Assembly: GCA_002269645.1 (NCBI GenBank)
Contig: NIVC01000816.1
Span: 1-64,000 of the forward strand
From: Macrostomum lignano
Taxonomy: Eukaryota
Reading direction: 5' to 3'
Length of the DNA: 64,000 nt
Positions 32,490-44,149 of the stretch are shown one piece after another. The notes beneath the pieces were generated by a model. It was not told where the DNA came from and ran no database searches. It saw only the letters and a list, made by a program, of their open reading frames with translations. Numbering within the stretch: the first letter of the stretch is position 1; each line of letters opens with the position of its first letter. A program made the translations under genes and the position numbers.

Positions 32490-33493
32490 CGAGGGGTGTC
32501 CAAAAAGTAGCTTTGATACTTTTAACCGTAGCTCTCATTCTATAGCTTCCTATGATTTAAAATTTTATGAACTGATAGCGGCAAATCTCTTCTACAGACT
32601 ACTTTTTGAATTTTTAAATTGATACTAGAAGTAGTAATACCCAGACTAAAAGTTATACCCATGAAAGTAATAGTACTTGTACCGTAGAGTTACACAAATT
32701 ATATTGAAATTTATAATAGTCAACTTTTGCACTCATTCATTAAGAAGGCATCAATAAATGTCTTGTTTAAGCAATATCAAAGCCCAATTGCAAAATTATG
32801 CTCACTGTGACTGATTGAAATTTGTCTATGGATGGAATCATATGCAGAAATATAAAGCATTAAATTCATTACTTTATTTGCAAACAGAGTAGCTTGCATT
32901 TTGCGATTCATTCATCATTGCCCATACTCAACAACAACACATGGATGTGCACTCAGTTGTTGCTTAGCAAAGTACCATCTTCACTCTTTGGGGCGCTGGC
33001 CATAGTGCCCCAGAAATTCACACTAAACTTTGCTCTGCGCATGGATCCTCTGTGGTTAGCAAAATGACAGTTTATCAATGGATTGAGCAGTTCAACAAGG
33101 GAAGGACTGACTTGGCAGATCAGCATCGGATGGGATGGCCATAGATTTATTGACCTTATATACTAGTGGACTCTATTCTGGATCTTCTTGATGAGGACTC
33201 CCAAATGACCATTAGAGAGATTGCTAACAGGTTGGACAAACCAAAATCAATAATTCATTGAAGCTTACTTGGCATGGATCTCGTGAAGCTCAGCCTATAA
33301 TTTGTGTAACTCTCTAGTGTAGGTACTGTTACTTTCATGGGTATAACTTTTGTTCTCTAGTATCAATTTTTTAAATTCAAAAAGTAGTCTGTAAAAGAGA
33401 TTTGCTGCTATCAGTTCATAATTTTTTTAATCACAGGAAGCTATAGAATGAGAGCTACGGTTAAAAGTATCACTACTTTTTGGACATCCCTCA
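32490..33493 (+). mobile_element. Decayed, internally deleted mariner (Tc1/mariner) element
   Basis: TA flanks; ~190-bp TIRs starting CGAGGGGTGTCCAAAAAGT. Transposase relics TVYQWIEQFNKGRTDLADQHRMGWP* and LLDEDSQMTIREIANRLDKPKSIIH* at about 33065-33260. Confidence 0.85.
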
Positions 33494-35975
33494 TAGTTTT
33501 TGAAAGACAAAACTGTCTGCCTAGCCTAGGCTCTAATAGACAAATTATTAGAATAGACAACAACAAACTAACACCCCATTAAATGCAAATAAATAAGCCT
33601 AATATAAGCTTATTAGTCTATAAAAATATTAAATAATAACTAATTAATTAAATTAATTAAATAATAATAAATGTCATCAGTAAAATTTGACAATATAAGC
33701 CTAGAAATAGCCTTAGGCCTAGACTATATATGGCCTATTGCCTAGCCCCAGGCCTAGCTTATAACAAAAATATTTATTGGCTATTATATAAACTAGGCCT
33801 ATAGGCCTAATATTAAAATGAATTATTTAAATACTTAGCTTTTAATTATAAAACATACAATGATATTAGGGGCCTACATATAAAATTCTAGGCCTATTAT
33901 AAAGCTACAACTTTTAAATTCACCTAAGATAGGCCTAATAATGATTTGCTTTTTGTTTGATATATGACTATTCGACTATATGTATAGTAATTCTTAATCT
34001 CACAAATAAATTAGGCCCTGAATTCTGAAATGTACCTTCTTTAAAATTTACCTTCTAGATTTTTTACCAATTCTAGACCTATAGCTATAATTTATTTCAT
34101 AATAGTAAATAGAATAGAATAGGCCCCTAGTATATAAAATTGATTGGCCAATTTTGTGTTTTGTCATTGTCATAAAAAAGCAATCATAGGAAAATTTTGA
34201 TTGCTTGAAAAGTTTTGATTGATTGAAAATTATTTTCCTATGATTAGGGAGTTAAATAAAATATAATTAAAATATTTTCCATCGCAGGTTCTAAAATATC
34301 AAAGCCAAAGGATTGCCATGGCATTTGCAATAATGGACATTCAAAATGTATTTTAGGTTTTAATTTTATATAATATCTCAATTATTGCACTACACGTAGT
34401 CCGGTTGGTTGGTCTACTCAGAATCTTGGGGCCTTTCATATTGCTTGCTCTGGTTCCAGAACCAGAACCAATTTGTGAAGTATAACTTTTTGTCTCCATA
34501 ACTAGAGGGAGATACGTGCTATAATTTTTATTATTGAATGACAATCGCCAAGAAGAAAGTGAAAAATTGTGCTAAGTTAGGTTGTTAAGGCAGTCAAATA
34601 TTGACAGAGTTTAATAGTTATACTGCTGTTTTTCTTGGAATTCCGAACCGATTCTGGTTCTGGAATTGGTAATATGAAAAGGCCCTTGGTTGGTTCGGCC
34701 GGTTAAATAAGTGGAAAAATTATTGCAACGGCAATTATCCACTAGGCCTATCTCTGCACTACCACTATCCTCTAAAGATATGCTAAAAATCTTGGGCAAA
34801 TTTTTGGCACAAAATTGGACTAGCAATTCTAGAGCTGAAAATAAAACTTCATTTGTTATAGTACGTTAAAACATAAATCTCTTTTACTCAGCGGTTGCCA
34901 GCAATATCTTCAGCAATATATTTTTTAAACGGCTGTGCCACAATAATTTGGAGCCTAAAAGCTTTGCGACTTGTCTAGAAAAGCTTCGGCAATTGTTATA
35001 GTTATTGCTGAAGCTACAAAAAGTATTGCTGCAGGCGACCGCTGAGTCTTCTACCAAGGATATAATATCCATCTACCCTGCTTCTACCCTTCCCTTCTAC
35101 CTTGCCTTCTACTTGGGTAGTGCTTGATACGTAATTTGAAGTTTCCGCCGACCGAGAGTCGACCGAAAGTCGGTCGGGTTGGGAAAAAGAAAGCGCGTGC
35201 TGGAACGCCGTAATATCAGGATAGGCATCTGCATGGCGCACTACATGATGTACATGTAAAGCCATGCATTGCGATAGGGATATTAAAATTCGAAACCAAT
35301 AAGTGAGATTGGCATCCTATATGTGTATTTCCGCTCGGCGTGCTGCTGCCACGCTATATACTAATTGCCCATGTGGCTTTCATGTGGCGCCAATAGTATA
35401 TTGTAAGAGCTGCATGTTCATATAATTGCAGTGAGTCTCAGCTTCATCTAGCTCCAGTTGTGCATGCATCATAGGGCACGCTTCGGGTCGAGCCATTGAA
35501 CTCCAGCCACACTCTCTCGCTAGCTCAAGGCCGTCTGGCGAGATACGTGTGGTGACGCCACTTGTTCATTTCAGGGAACACTATAGTCAAGAAGTTCTTT
35601 GCTCTTACCAAGGCCACGACCCGGGAATTCACTGTGAGGACTTGTTGTTGAGCGCAAGTTCAAGCTCTTGCTACTGTACACATCAAGGCTTTTTCCGTGC
35701 AGCGCATTTTGCCACGGGTCAAATTTTGTCTGCATTGCCACCCCCCCCCCAATGCTTTAATAAGTCTTAATGAGATTTACCCGATCAAAACATTTCGATA
35801 GTAAATTGCATATCAAATTCAGATTTTTCTTGTAGGTTTTCATTTTTATATAAACTCACATGCAGGGGGTACATCGGTGAGCTACGACGTAATTTCTGCA
35901 TATGCCATGGGGATCGGTTTCGTCTCCTAAATCTCTTTATAAGACTTACTAAGCATTTTAGGGGGCAATGCAGAC

Positions 35976-36322
35976 CAGGGGCGTCGCCATTGATTTTATG
36001 GTGGGGGGATAAAGCCAAGAATTGTACATGTGCATGTACATGACAGATTTCCAACAGTACATGTACATTGTTTCAGAATCATACATGTAGGTGTTGTCAG
36101 CGATCATTTTGGCGCCTCAGGCACCATTTAAGAGCCGCAGGCATTCATTCTGGCGCCGCAAGCATTATGTTTTGTTGCCCTGAAGCAAAATTATTGATTT
36201 CCATAACGTACCAGGTCAACTAAAGGTGTGAGGGGGGACAAAGCATTGGCATGTCCCCCCGCCATAACTTTTACTGAGGCCGGGACGTGTCCCCCCTGTC
36301 CTCCCCGGTGGTGACGCCCCTG
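35976..36322. mobile_element. 347-bp hAT-type MITE
   Basis: TIRs CAGGGGCGTCGCCA / TGGTGACGCCCCTG; perfect 8-bp TSD ATGCAGAC at 35968-35975 and 36323-36330. Confidence 0.88.
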
Positions 36323-36493
36323 ATGCAGACAGAATCTGCCGCATGGCTAAATGTGCTACAGGAAAAAGCATTGCAGGCAAATCTCCTGCGGGCAAATCTC
36401 GGCGGGCAATTCGTCTGCGGGCGATTCTCATGAACCCCCTGGTCAACACCCAGCTTCGCGAACGGAATGAATGCTCTGCACCTGCTCTGCGCG

Positions 36494-37653
36494 CCTCAGG
36501 CTTTGATCCTGATTCTAATCTTTATCGATTTCAAGAAGGCATTCGACTCGGTTGTCAGAGCCGTGCTTCCAATGGTGCTCCGCGCGTACAACGTGCCTGA
36601 GCAGCTGATCTCCGCCATCATGGCGATGTACCGTGATACGACAGCTGCTGTGACAACACCGGACGGCCTATAGGACTCCTTTGAGATCTCCTCCGGAGTG
36701 CTTCAGGGAGATACGCTGGCGCCGTTCCTGTTCGTCCTGGTGCTTGACTGGGTGCTGCGGACTGCTCTTCCTACCGACGACGACGGCTTTCTGCTGCGGC
36801 GACGCGTGGGTCGACGTCAACCGGAGAAGCGGCTCAGCGTGCTTGGCTACGCTGACGACCTCGCCCTGCTGTCCTCGACCGTCGAGGGCGCCCAACGGCA
36901 GCTGGACAGGCTAGTTGCCGTTGCGGCGAGCGTCGGCCTGGTGGTCAACACGCAGAAGACCGTTGTGCTCTGCGTGCCGGACGACATCGAGGCTGCAATT
37001 TTCTGCCGAGGCGCTGACGGGCAGGCGACCGAGCTCCCGCGATGTCAGCAGTTCGTCTACCTCGACGGTCTGGTTCCAGACGCTCGCGAGGACCTGCGAC
37101 GCCGCCGCGGGCTTGCCTGGGCTGCCTTTCGTTCTGTGAGGGCAGTCCTGCAGTCCGAGGCCCTACCGGACCGCAAGAGGGCGGCGCTGTTCCAGGCGGT
37201 AATCGAGACCGTCCTGCTGTGCAACGCCGAGACCTGGACGCTGACGGACTCACTTGAACAGCAAGTCGATGCGGCGCACGCTGGCCTGCTGCGCGCCGCC
37301 TTCAACATCGGCGTCGAGCGAGTCAACAACGCGGCACTCTATCGCCGCGCTGGCCTGCCACGTCCAAGCGATCTACTGCGCCGTCGGCGACTCCAGCTCG
37401 CAGGCCATCTCATCCGCGCCGAGTCGTACTGCCCACAGCCGGTGCAGGAGGTGCTGCTGCTCACGCTGTAGGCACCCTACCGGCGAGGTCAAGCGCGAAC
37501 TCGGCGTTACGTTGACTGTCTGCTGGCTGACGCCGGCGCCCCGGACACTGCCGGTGGCGCGGCCTTTGTTCGCGCCCAAGCCATGAAGCGCGCCCTGTGA
37601 CGCTGACTTTTGCCATCCTGACAGCGTATTTTGTTGTGTTGTTGTTGTTGTTG
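36494..37653 (+). mobile_element. 5'-truncated RTE-clade non-LTR retrotransposon
   Basis: RT motifs FIDFKKAFDSV, GVLQGDTLAPFLF and GYADDLALL; two in-frame TAG stops (36671, 37469); (TTG)n tail; TSD TCTGCGCG at 36486-36493 and 37654-37661. Confidence 0.9.
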
Positions 37654-38675
37654 TCTGCGCGTCGATCCGCGCCTCCTGCCACCCACTCTGGTATAGCTCA
37701 AAACTAAAGTCTTCTTTGAACAGATCAGTGAATGCAGGTGAAGACAGCGTCACAGCATGACAGTGCATGGTGTCATGCTGTCTCTGCTACAGTGTCCGCG
37801 ATGCCCGAGGGCGCGTGGCCTGTCCGCCATTCACGCCCTGGCAGGGCAACAGGCCGCGTGTTTCGCTAAACCGGCAGGTGATGAGTCTGCAAACGATCGC
37901 TCAGAAATAGGCTGCGCGAGTTCTTTGCCGCCATCGTTAACCCGCGCTTCAACCGCGCTTCCAGACGATCTGACATTGACTTCGAAGACGCTGTGGCATT
38001 GGACTACCTACTGGCTAACGCAGCCGACTTTGTTTAAGACCTGCTAAATGGAGCAAATAACTGTGTCTATGAACCTCTGCTGATGCTATTCTACTGTAGG
38101 TATGGATATAGTGATCTTTAGAAATTTCCGTAAGGTGTGGAGTTTAACAAAAGCATAACCCATAAGCTCCACCTCAGAATGTTAATGAGGAAACATGGCT
38201 CGATCCTTTTTGCTACACACCTGGACTTTTCAAATTGAGACATCAAATCACATTATAAAAGCAATGTCATCAACAAAGCTGTTCTGTTACTGATAAACCG
38301 ATCAATTTGCATTGCATCACGTTCAGGGTGAAAAAAACTTCTATTGAATGCGGGCCAACAACAATTATCAACTCATCGAAGTAAAATCAGGTGTTTATTT
38401 CGTTACTAGATGGTGAATAAAAATATGCATTTTCTATTAGAAATAGGTCGATCCTATGATACGACTATGCTGGAGTGACTCGCCGCAGATTATTTTGTTC
38501 AAATAATCGATTATCAATGGTACATCTAATTTGGCTAATACACTCGTAATTATGGCGCTGATATCAGAAAATTTGAATAATCGATTATCTGAAACAGTGA
38601 GCGTCATAATGCTGGTCCTAGCTCGTACAGTCAGGCAAATCAGCTACGACTTTGCCACAGTCATCTCCACATTCT

Positions 38676-40516
38676 CTAGTTAAGCTCCTTGTCCACAATG
38701 AGCTCGCCAAGGCCGCTGCCAGCCTTGTTGAGGCGGGCGATGAGTTCCCGCAGATCCCGGATGCCCGTCACCTGCTCGGTCAGGAACTCGGACTCGATGA
38801 AGTCCACCAGCTGAAAGTTCAAGAATTGAGTAGCAATTTTGCATAAAATATGTGCATATGCAGTTCTTTTCGGTAAAGTCAAAGTGAGCATTTTTGTAGC
38901 TAATGGAAGACATGCTGCACGTCGGGACGGAGGCTGGGAGGGGATTGAGTCAGCTGAGGGCTGACCCACCCAGCCAATCAGCGACGTGCCTCAGAGCGTA
39001 GCGTTTTGACCGTTTGGGTTTTACTAATGAGCTTCGTTGGAACAATACGTGAAGACAAGAAGGCCCCGAACACATGAGAACAAATTTAGTAAGTTGACAG
39101 GGAATGCACCCAATATTTGACATGGTAATTCTGCACCCAATCAGAGCAGCCAGCTACAGTAGGACTCACATGCGGGTCGCTCTCCATGTCAGCCCGATCT
39201 CGCAGTCTGTACAACTCCTGCGTGATGTTCTTCTCGGCGCCAAGAGCCATCTCGGCTGCGTCAAGGGCGGAGAACCACTCGAACTTGCTGGGAGGCTGCA
39301 ACAAAGATAAGTTTATGGGGCTACATTGAAGCTTAATCTGTAGTTTGAAAAATAAATATAAAATTGTTATAATCACCGGGAACTGGGATCAGACGATCAA
39401 GTGACCAGGGTATCACATGACCAGGTGTTAAGTTATCGCTAAGCGTTAGGTGACCAGGTGACCAGGCACTCACGGTAATTGGCTTCAGCCTGACGTGGCC
39501 GCCCCGCATGTTGAGGTAGTCGATCAGTTTGTGCGCGCGCTCTCGCTCCTTGTTGGCGGCTTTCTTCAAGAATTTCTTAAAGCCGGGAAGACCGACGCTG
39601 GGCCTGCCGAAGTAGCTGGCCTGCGGGCGGGCGGTCGGCAAAGTTGCGCTTTGGAATTTGAGCCAGGGAATTGAATCGAATGAAACAGACGTCAAAATAT
39701 CTGGAGTCCACCCACACGATGCTAAGATTTTCTTACAACAAAATTAGCTCGTATTTAGAAAAAACAACCACAAACTTTGAACAAGCTTGAGGGTGAGCGT
39801 GAGCTCAAGGTAGGCTCGCATCCCCTGACGCTCTGCAGGGTTCAACATAAACATAGCATAAAAAATTTGGGTCGGTGGCGACCTTGGCAATGCGTGGGAT
39901 CAGGAAAGACTTACCATTGACTCGTAGAGGTACATGGCGTTGAACTCTCTTTGGATCTGGTCGTTGATCATCGACACCGAGCTGCTGCCGAATCGCTGTT
40001 GAATGTCTGCGGATTTCGGGGGTTCAGCAACGGCTATGCATGGCTTGTACTACTTGACAAGTAAGCTTACAATCTCATGTAAGAAGTTTTTGCTGCAGTG
40101 ATGGAAGATATGGCTTCTCACTGTCTCTCTGGCCTCTGCTTGGCTTCTCACTGTCTCCTATGACCACTACTTGGCTTCTCACTGTGTCTGTGGCCACTGC
40201 TCGGCTTCTCACAGTCTGTGTGACCACTTCTTGGCTTCTCACTGTGTCTGTGGCCACTGCTTGGGTTTTCACAGTCTGTGTGACCACTGCTTGGCTTCTC
40301 ACTGTCTCTATGATCACTGCTTGGCTTCTCACTGTCTCTATGGTCACTGCTTGGCTTCTCACTGTCTCTATGGTCACTGCTTGGCTTCTCAATACTCACC
40401 TGAGCATTATTATAGTTTAGTTTTGCGCCTTGTAAACAGATTTTAAGAGTTTTTACAAGAAAGCTGATTAAAAACATTACTACAGATTTAAATAAAAAAA
40501 TACTCGTAGATTTCAT
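38676..40516 (-). CDS. Secreted ferritin, copy 1 (219 aa, 5 exons, signal peptide)
   Basis: Exons 40516-40400, 40049-39915, 39620-39474, 39295-39170 and 38810-38676 are all phase 0 and open. Four-helix ferritin motifs INDQIQREFNAMYLYESM, KLIDYLNMRGG, DPHLVDFIESEFLTEQV. Exon 1 is hydrophobic. The acceptor before exon 2 is weak, so exon 1-2 joining is less certain. Confidence 0.85.
40110..40390. repeat. 30-bp minisatellite in ferritin-1 intron 1
   Basis: TTGGCTTCTCACTGTCTCTATGGTCACTGC repeated about 9 times; only about one unit is present in the copy-2 intron. Confidence 0.9.
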
Positions 40517-40994
40517 TTTAGCCTCATGCAAGAACTCATCCCACAAATAAATGAAACCGGTCTTCAAACCATAAAAAATGGGTGATAGCCCACATCACAA
40601 GAAGCACCTAAGGCCAAGCAATGGCATCTCACCGAGAGTCTCATCGTCGCCCTGCTGCATGGAGACAACCACAAGGTGCAGGAGAATCGCTGAAAGCAGA
40701 GAGAACCGGGCCATTGTCGCTTCTGTTGGTTTGTGTCAAAGAATCAGTCAACTTAGCACGGCCAAAATTGAGCCTTTTTAAGGAAGTAAGCTGACAACTT
40801 CTGAAGTGACAGCCCATTCAGATTCAAGCGTATCGGCCGTCTTATCAGTAGGGCAAGAGATTCCAGGCCAGCAGAGGAACCTGTTATCAACTTGGCGTCT
40901 GGTTGAATTCTTGCTTGCATTTTGCTGATAACTTTTTTACTTCTCACGGCTCTCTGACCCAGCCGGCCTCACCTAGCTACACCTTTGCATTCGA

Positions 40995-41152
40995 TGAGCT
41001 CAGCTCAGACTAATACTCGTGTCTATTGAGCTCAGCTCACACTGATTCTCGTGTCTAATGAGCTCAGCTCACACTGATTCTCGTGTCTAATGAGCTCAGC
41101 TCACACTGATTCTCGTGTCTAATGAACTCTGCTCACACTGATTCTCGTGTCT
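40995..41152. repeat. 32-bp minisatellite upstream of ferritin 1
   Basis: TGAGCTCAGCTCACACTGATTCTCGTGTCTAA repeated about 5 times. Confidence 0.9.
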
Positions 41153-41199
41153 AGTTGTCTGTCTCGTTCTAGGATCTCCGGTGCGATCTGACGTTCGTT

Positions 41200-41750
41200 T
41201 CAGGGCTTCTATGTCTGAAAGACAGCATCTACGTGCGCGAAGACAGCACCAGGAATTCCATCCTCAACATCCTGCACGCGGGGCACCCTTACATCGTGAA
41301 GATGGGCCTGAATGCCAGGGATTACTTCTACCATGGCCTGGCATGCACAACTGCATCGAGCGCACAGTCAGCCAGTGCGAAGCCTGCCAGCGGAACATAA
41401 AAGAGGCTCTGACGTCCGTGGAGATTCCGACTTCCCCTTCTAAATCTACTCGTCTGATCGATTTGAGTACAGCGGCGCCTCCTACCTGGTGTACAGCCTG
41501 GTTGTAGTGCAAGTACTGCAGGACCACTTCCAGAACTTCGGTGTGCATGAGAAGCTTATCAGCGACGGCTTCTCGGATTTGGAGCTCCGTCAACTGATTA
41601 CGAGGTTTAGTCGAGCACAGGACATCAAGCCCACCGTATCCGCAGTCGAACGGCAGAGCAGAGCGGTAAGTGCAAACAGCGAAGGATCGGATGAAGAAGT
41701 GCAAGGAGACTGGCCAAAGCCTGGAGACGGCACTCCTGCACATCCTGCGT
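41200..41750 (+). mobile_element. Ty3/Gypsy-type integrase relic
   Basis: HHCC zinc-finger pieces LHAGHPYIVKM...WPGMHNCIERTVSQCEACQ; core pieces FGVHEKLISDG and LETALLHILR; frameshifted. Confidence 0.75.
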
Positions 41751-43809
41751 ATACACACTATTGATTTTGTACATGTACATTTCGGCATATTACCACACAT
41801 CGCGGGCACATATTATATATCGGGGGATAGGTTAAAATACACACATCGTAGATGTAGAAGCAGACACAATGCAGGAAAATTATGATACGAGTGTACATAT
41901 TAGTGCGTAAAAGTATCATATTATGACACCCTGTAGCACATATTGACATAATGCAGGGGAAAATATTGACAGAAATAGTACACAATTGTAGAGGTAACAA
42001 CCCGCCAACTAGTAAGGGCATCCAGCACTTGTTCAGGTTTTTATTATTTCGAGACGAGTGTCATGCCCCCGCAAGAGATCTTATCAGAAATTTGTTGAAC
42101 TCCACTGCAACTCTCCCCAGAGCCTCCAAATGTGAGTTTTTAACCCAGGGTCGAGTACAAAGGACCCGCCCACTCTTAACCCCAAGGGGTGATCCTAGCG
42201 GAGACCAAGTACAGTGCGGACGGAGAGGGGTAACAGAAAGCGCTGCATCAGACCGCGGGGCTGCATTCCTCCCCCGAGGTAGGCGCGTCAGCTCCCACTC
42301 CTCATTTAACCATCAAGTAAACTAAAGAAGTCAAGCAGAAAGCCTTACAATCACCCGCAACCAGCACAAGTAAGAGTACTTTCCACTAGAGAGCCATAGT
42401 GCAAGATTCGCGAGCCAAGTTGAAGAAGCACACCAAATTACACTAAAGACATATGTATTAAAAAGCATACCGGCACCTCTACAAAAACACAGTATGTACC
42501 GATTAAAGTTGCTTTTGGTGCAGTGTATTTAATAAAAAGCAGGTACCTAACACAAAAGTAGGCATCAATGCAGTGCACGGGCTAAACTGTATTTACAAAC
42601 GCAGGGCAACGAACTACACACAATGTAGCGCATAGACATAATTGTACGCATAAATGTACGCAATTTCCGGTATATAGGACCAAATGTACGCAAATGTACA
42701 CAATGTACACAAACACAAACACACACACACACACACTCAGGCGCATCCTGCAGCGCATCCTGCAGCACCGATCGCCGCAGGCGATGGCGCCATCGGCAGG
42801 AAGCTCTTGCTGTGAATACGCCTGAGTGTGTGTGTGTGTGTTTGTGTTTGTGTACATTGTGTACATTTGCGTACATTTGGTCCTATATACCGGAAATTGC
42901 GTACATTTATGCGTACAATTATGTCTATGCGCTACATTGTGTGTAGTTCGTTGCCCTGCGTTTGTAAATACAGTTTAGCCCGTGCACTGCATTGATGCCT
43001 ACTTTTGTGTTAGGTACCTGCTTTTTATTAAATACACTGCACCAAAAGCAACTTTAATCGGTACATACTGTGTTTTTGTAGAGGTGCCGGTATGCTTTTT
43101 AATACATATGTCTTTAGTGTAATTTGGTGTGCTTCTTCAACTTGGCTCGCGAATCTTGCACTATGGCTCTCTAGTGGAAAGTACTCTTACTTGTGCTGGT
43201 TGCGGGTGATTGTAAGGCTTTCTGCTTGACTTCTTTAGTTTACTTGATGGTTAAATGAGGAGTGGGAGCTGACGCGCCTACCTCGGGGGAGGAATGCAGC
43301 CCCGCGGTCTGATGCAGCGCTTTCTGTTACCCCTCTCCGTCCGCACTGTACTTGGTCTCCGCTAGGATCACCCCTTGGGGTTAAGAGTGGGCGGGTCCTT
43401 TGTACTCGACCCTGGGTTAAAAACTCACATTTGGAGGCTCTGGGGAGAGTTGCAGTGGAGTTCAACAAATTTCTGATAAGATCTCTTGCGGGGGCATGAC
43501 ACTCGTCTCGAAATAATAAAAACCTGAACAAGTGCTGGATGCCCTTACTAGTTGGCGGTTGTTACCTCTACAATTGTGTACTATTTCTGTCAATATTTTC
43601 CCCTGCATTATGTCAATATGTGCTACAGGGTGTCATAATATGATACTTTTACGCACTAATATGTACACTCGTATCATAATTTTCCTGCATTGTGTCTGCT
43701 TCTACATCTACGATGTGTGTATTTTAACCTATCCCCCGATATATAATATGTGCCCGCGATGTGTGGTAATATGCCGAAATGTACATGTACAAAATCAATA
43801 GTGTGTATA
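41750..43809. mobile_element. ~2.06-kb foldback element: ~990-bp near-perfect inverted arms with a ~76-bp spacer
   Basis: Arm 41750-42742 is the reverse complement of arm 42819-43809; mirrored ORFs appear in the track. Termini TATA-CACACTA...TAGTGTG-TATA. Confidence 0.9.
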
Positions 43810-44149
43810 TACGTCTGCATCGTTTTTGTCTATGTTTTAATAATATACACCTGCATTATACTGGCTTTCCATATGAGTGGCAACTCCTTTGTAACCTACA
43901 ATTCGTTGGCTCAGTGTTAGTGGTATTTTGTAATTAAATTACTACGTCTAAATGTTGTATTATTATTGAATTCAATTATTATTGAATTTCACTCCTCATG
44001 TGCTAGGGAGGTCTAATTGTAATATAATCTTGCTATTAATCTACCATCTCTACTGTAAGTAGACTGTGACTTGGTGTCTGGGCTCGAGTTGTGTACTCTT
44101 TGTATGAATGCATTCTTGGTGTGTAACTCCTGACCATCCCTTCCCTCTG

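Noticed and set aside
40039-40041. ATG as the ferritin-1 start
   Set aside because: Out of frame; reaches TGA after five codons.
40110-40390. Tandem iron-responsive elements (CAGTGA on the ferritin sense strand)
   Set aside because: The bases flanking CAGTGN do not pair into the IRE stem, and the array lies in intron 1, not in a 5' UTR.
41758-43801. Paired 87-124-aa ORFs on opposite strands
   Set aside because: Mirror images produced by the palindrome; no protein similarity recognised.
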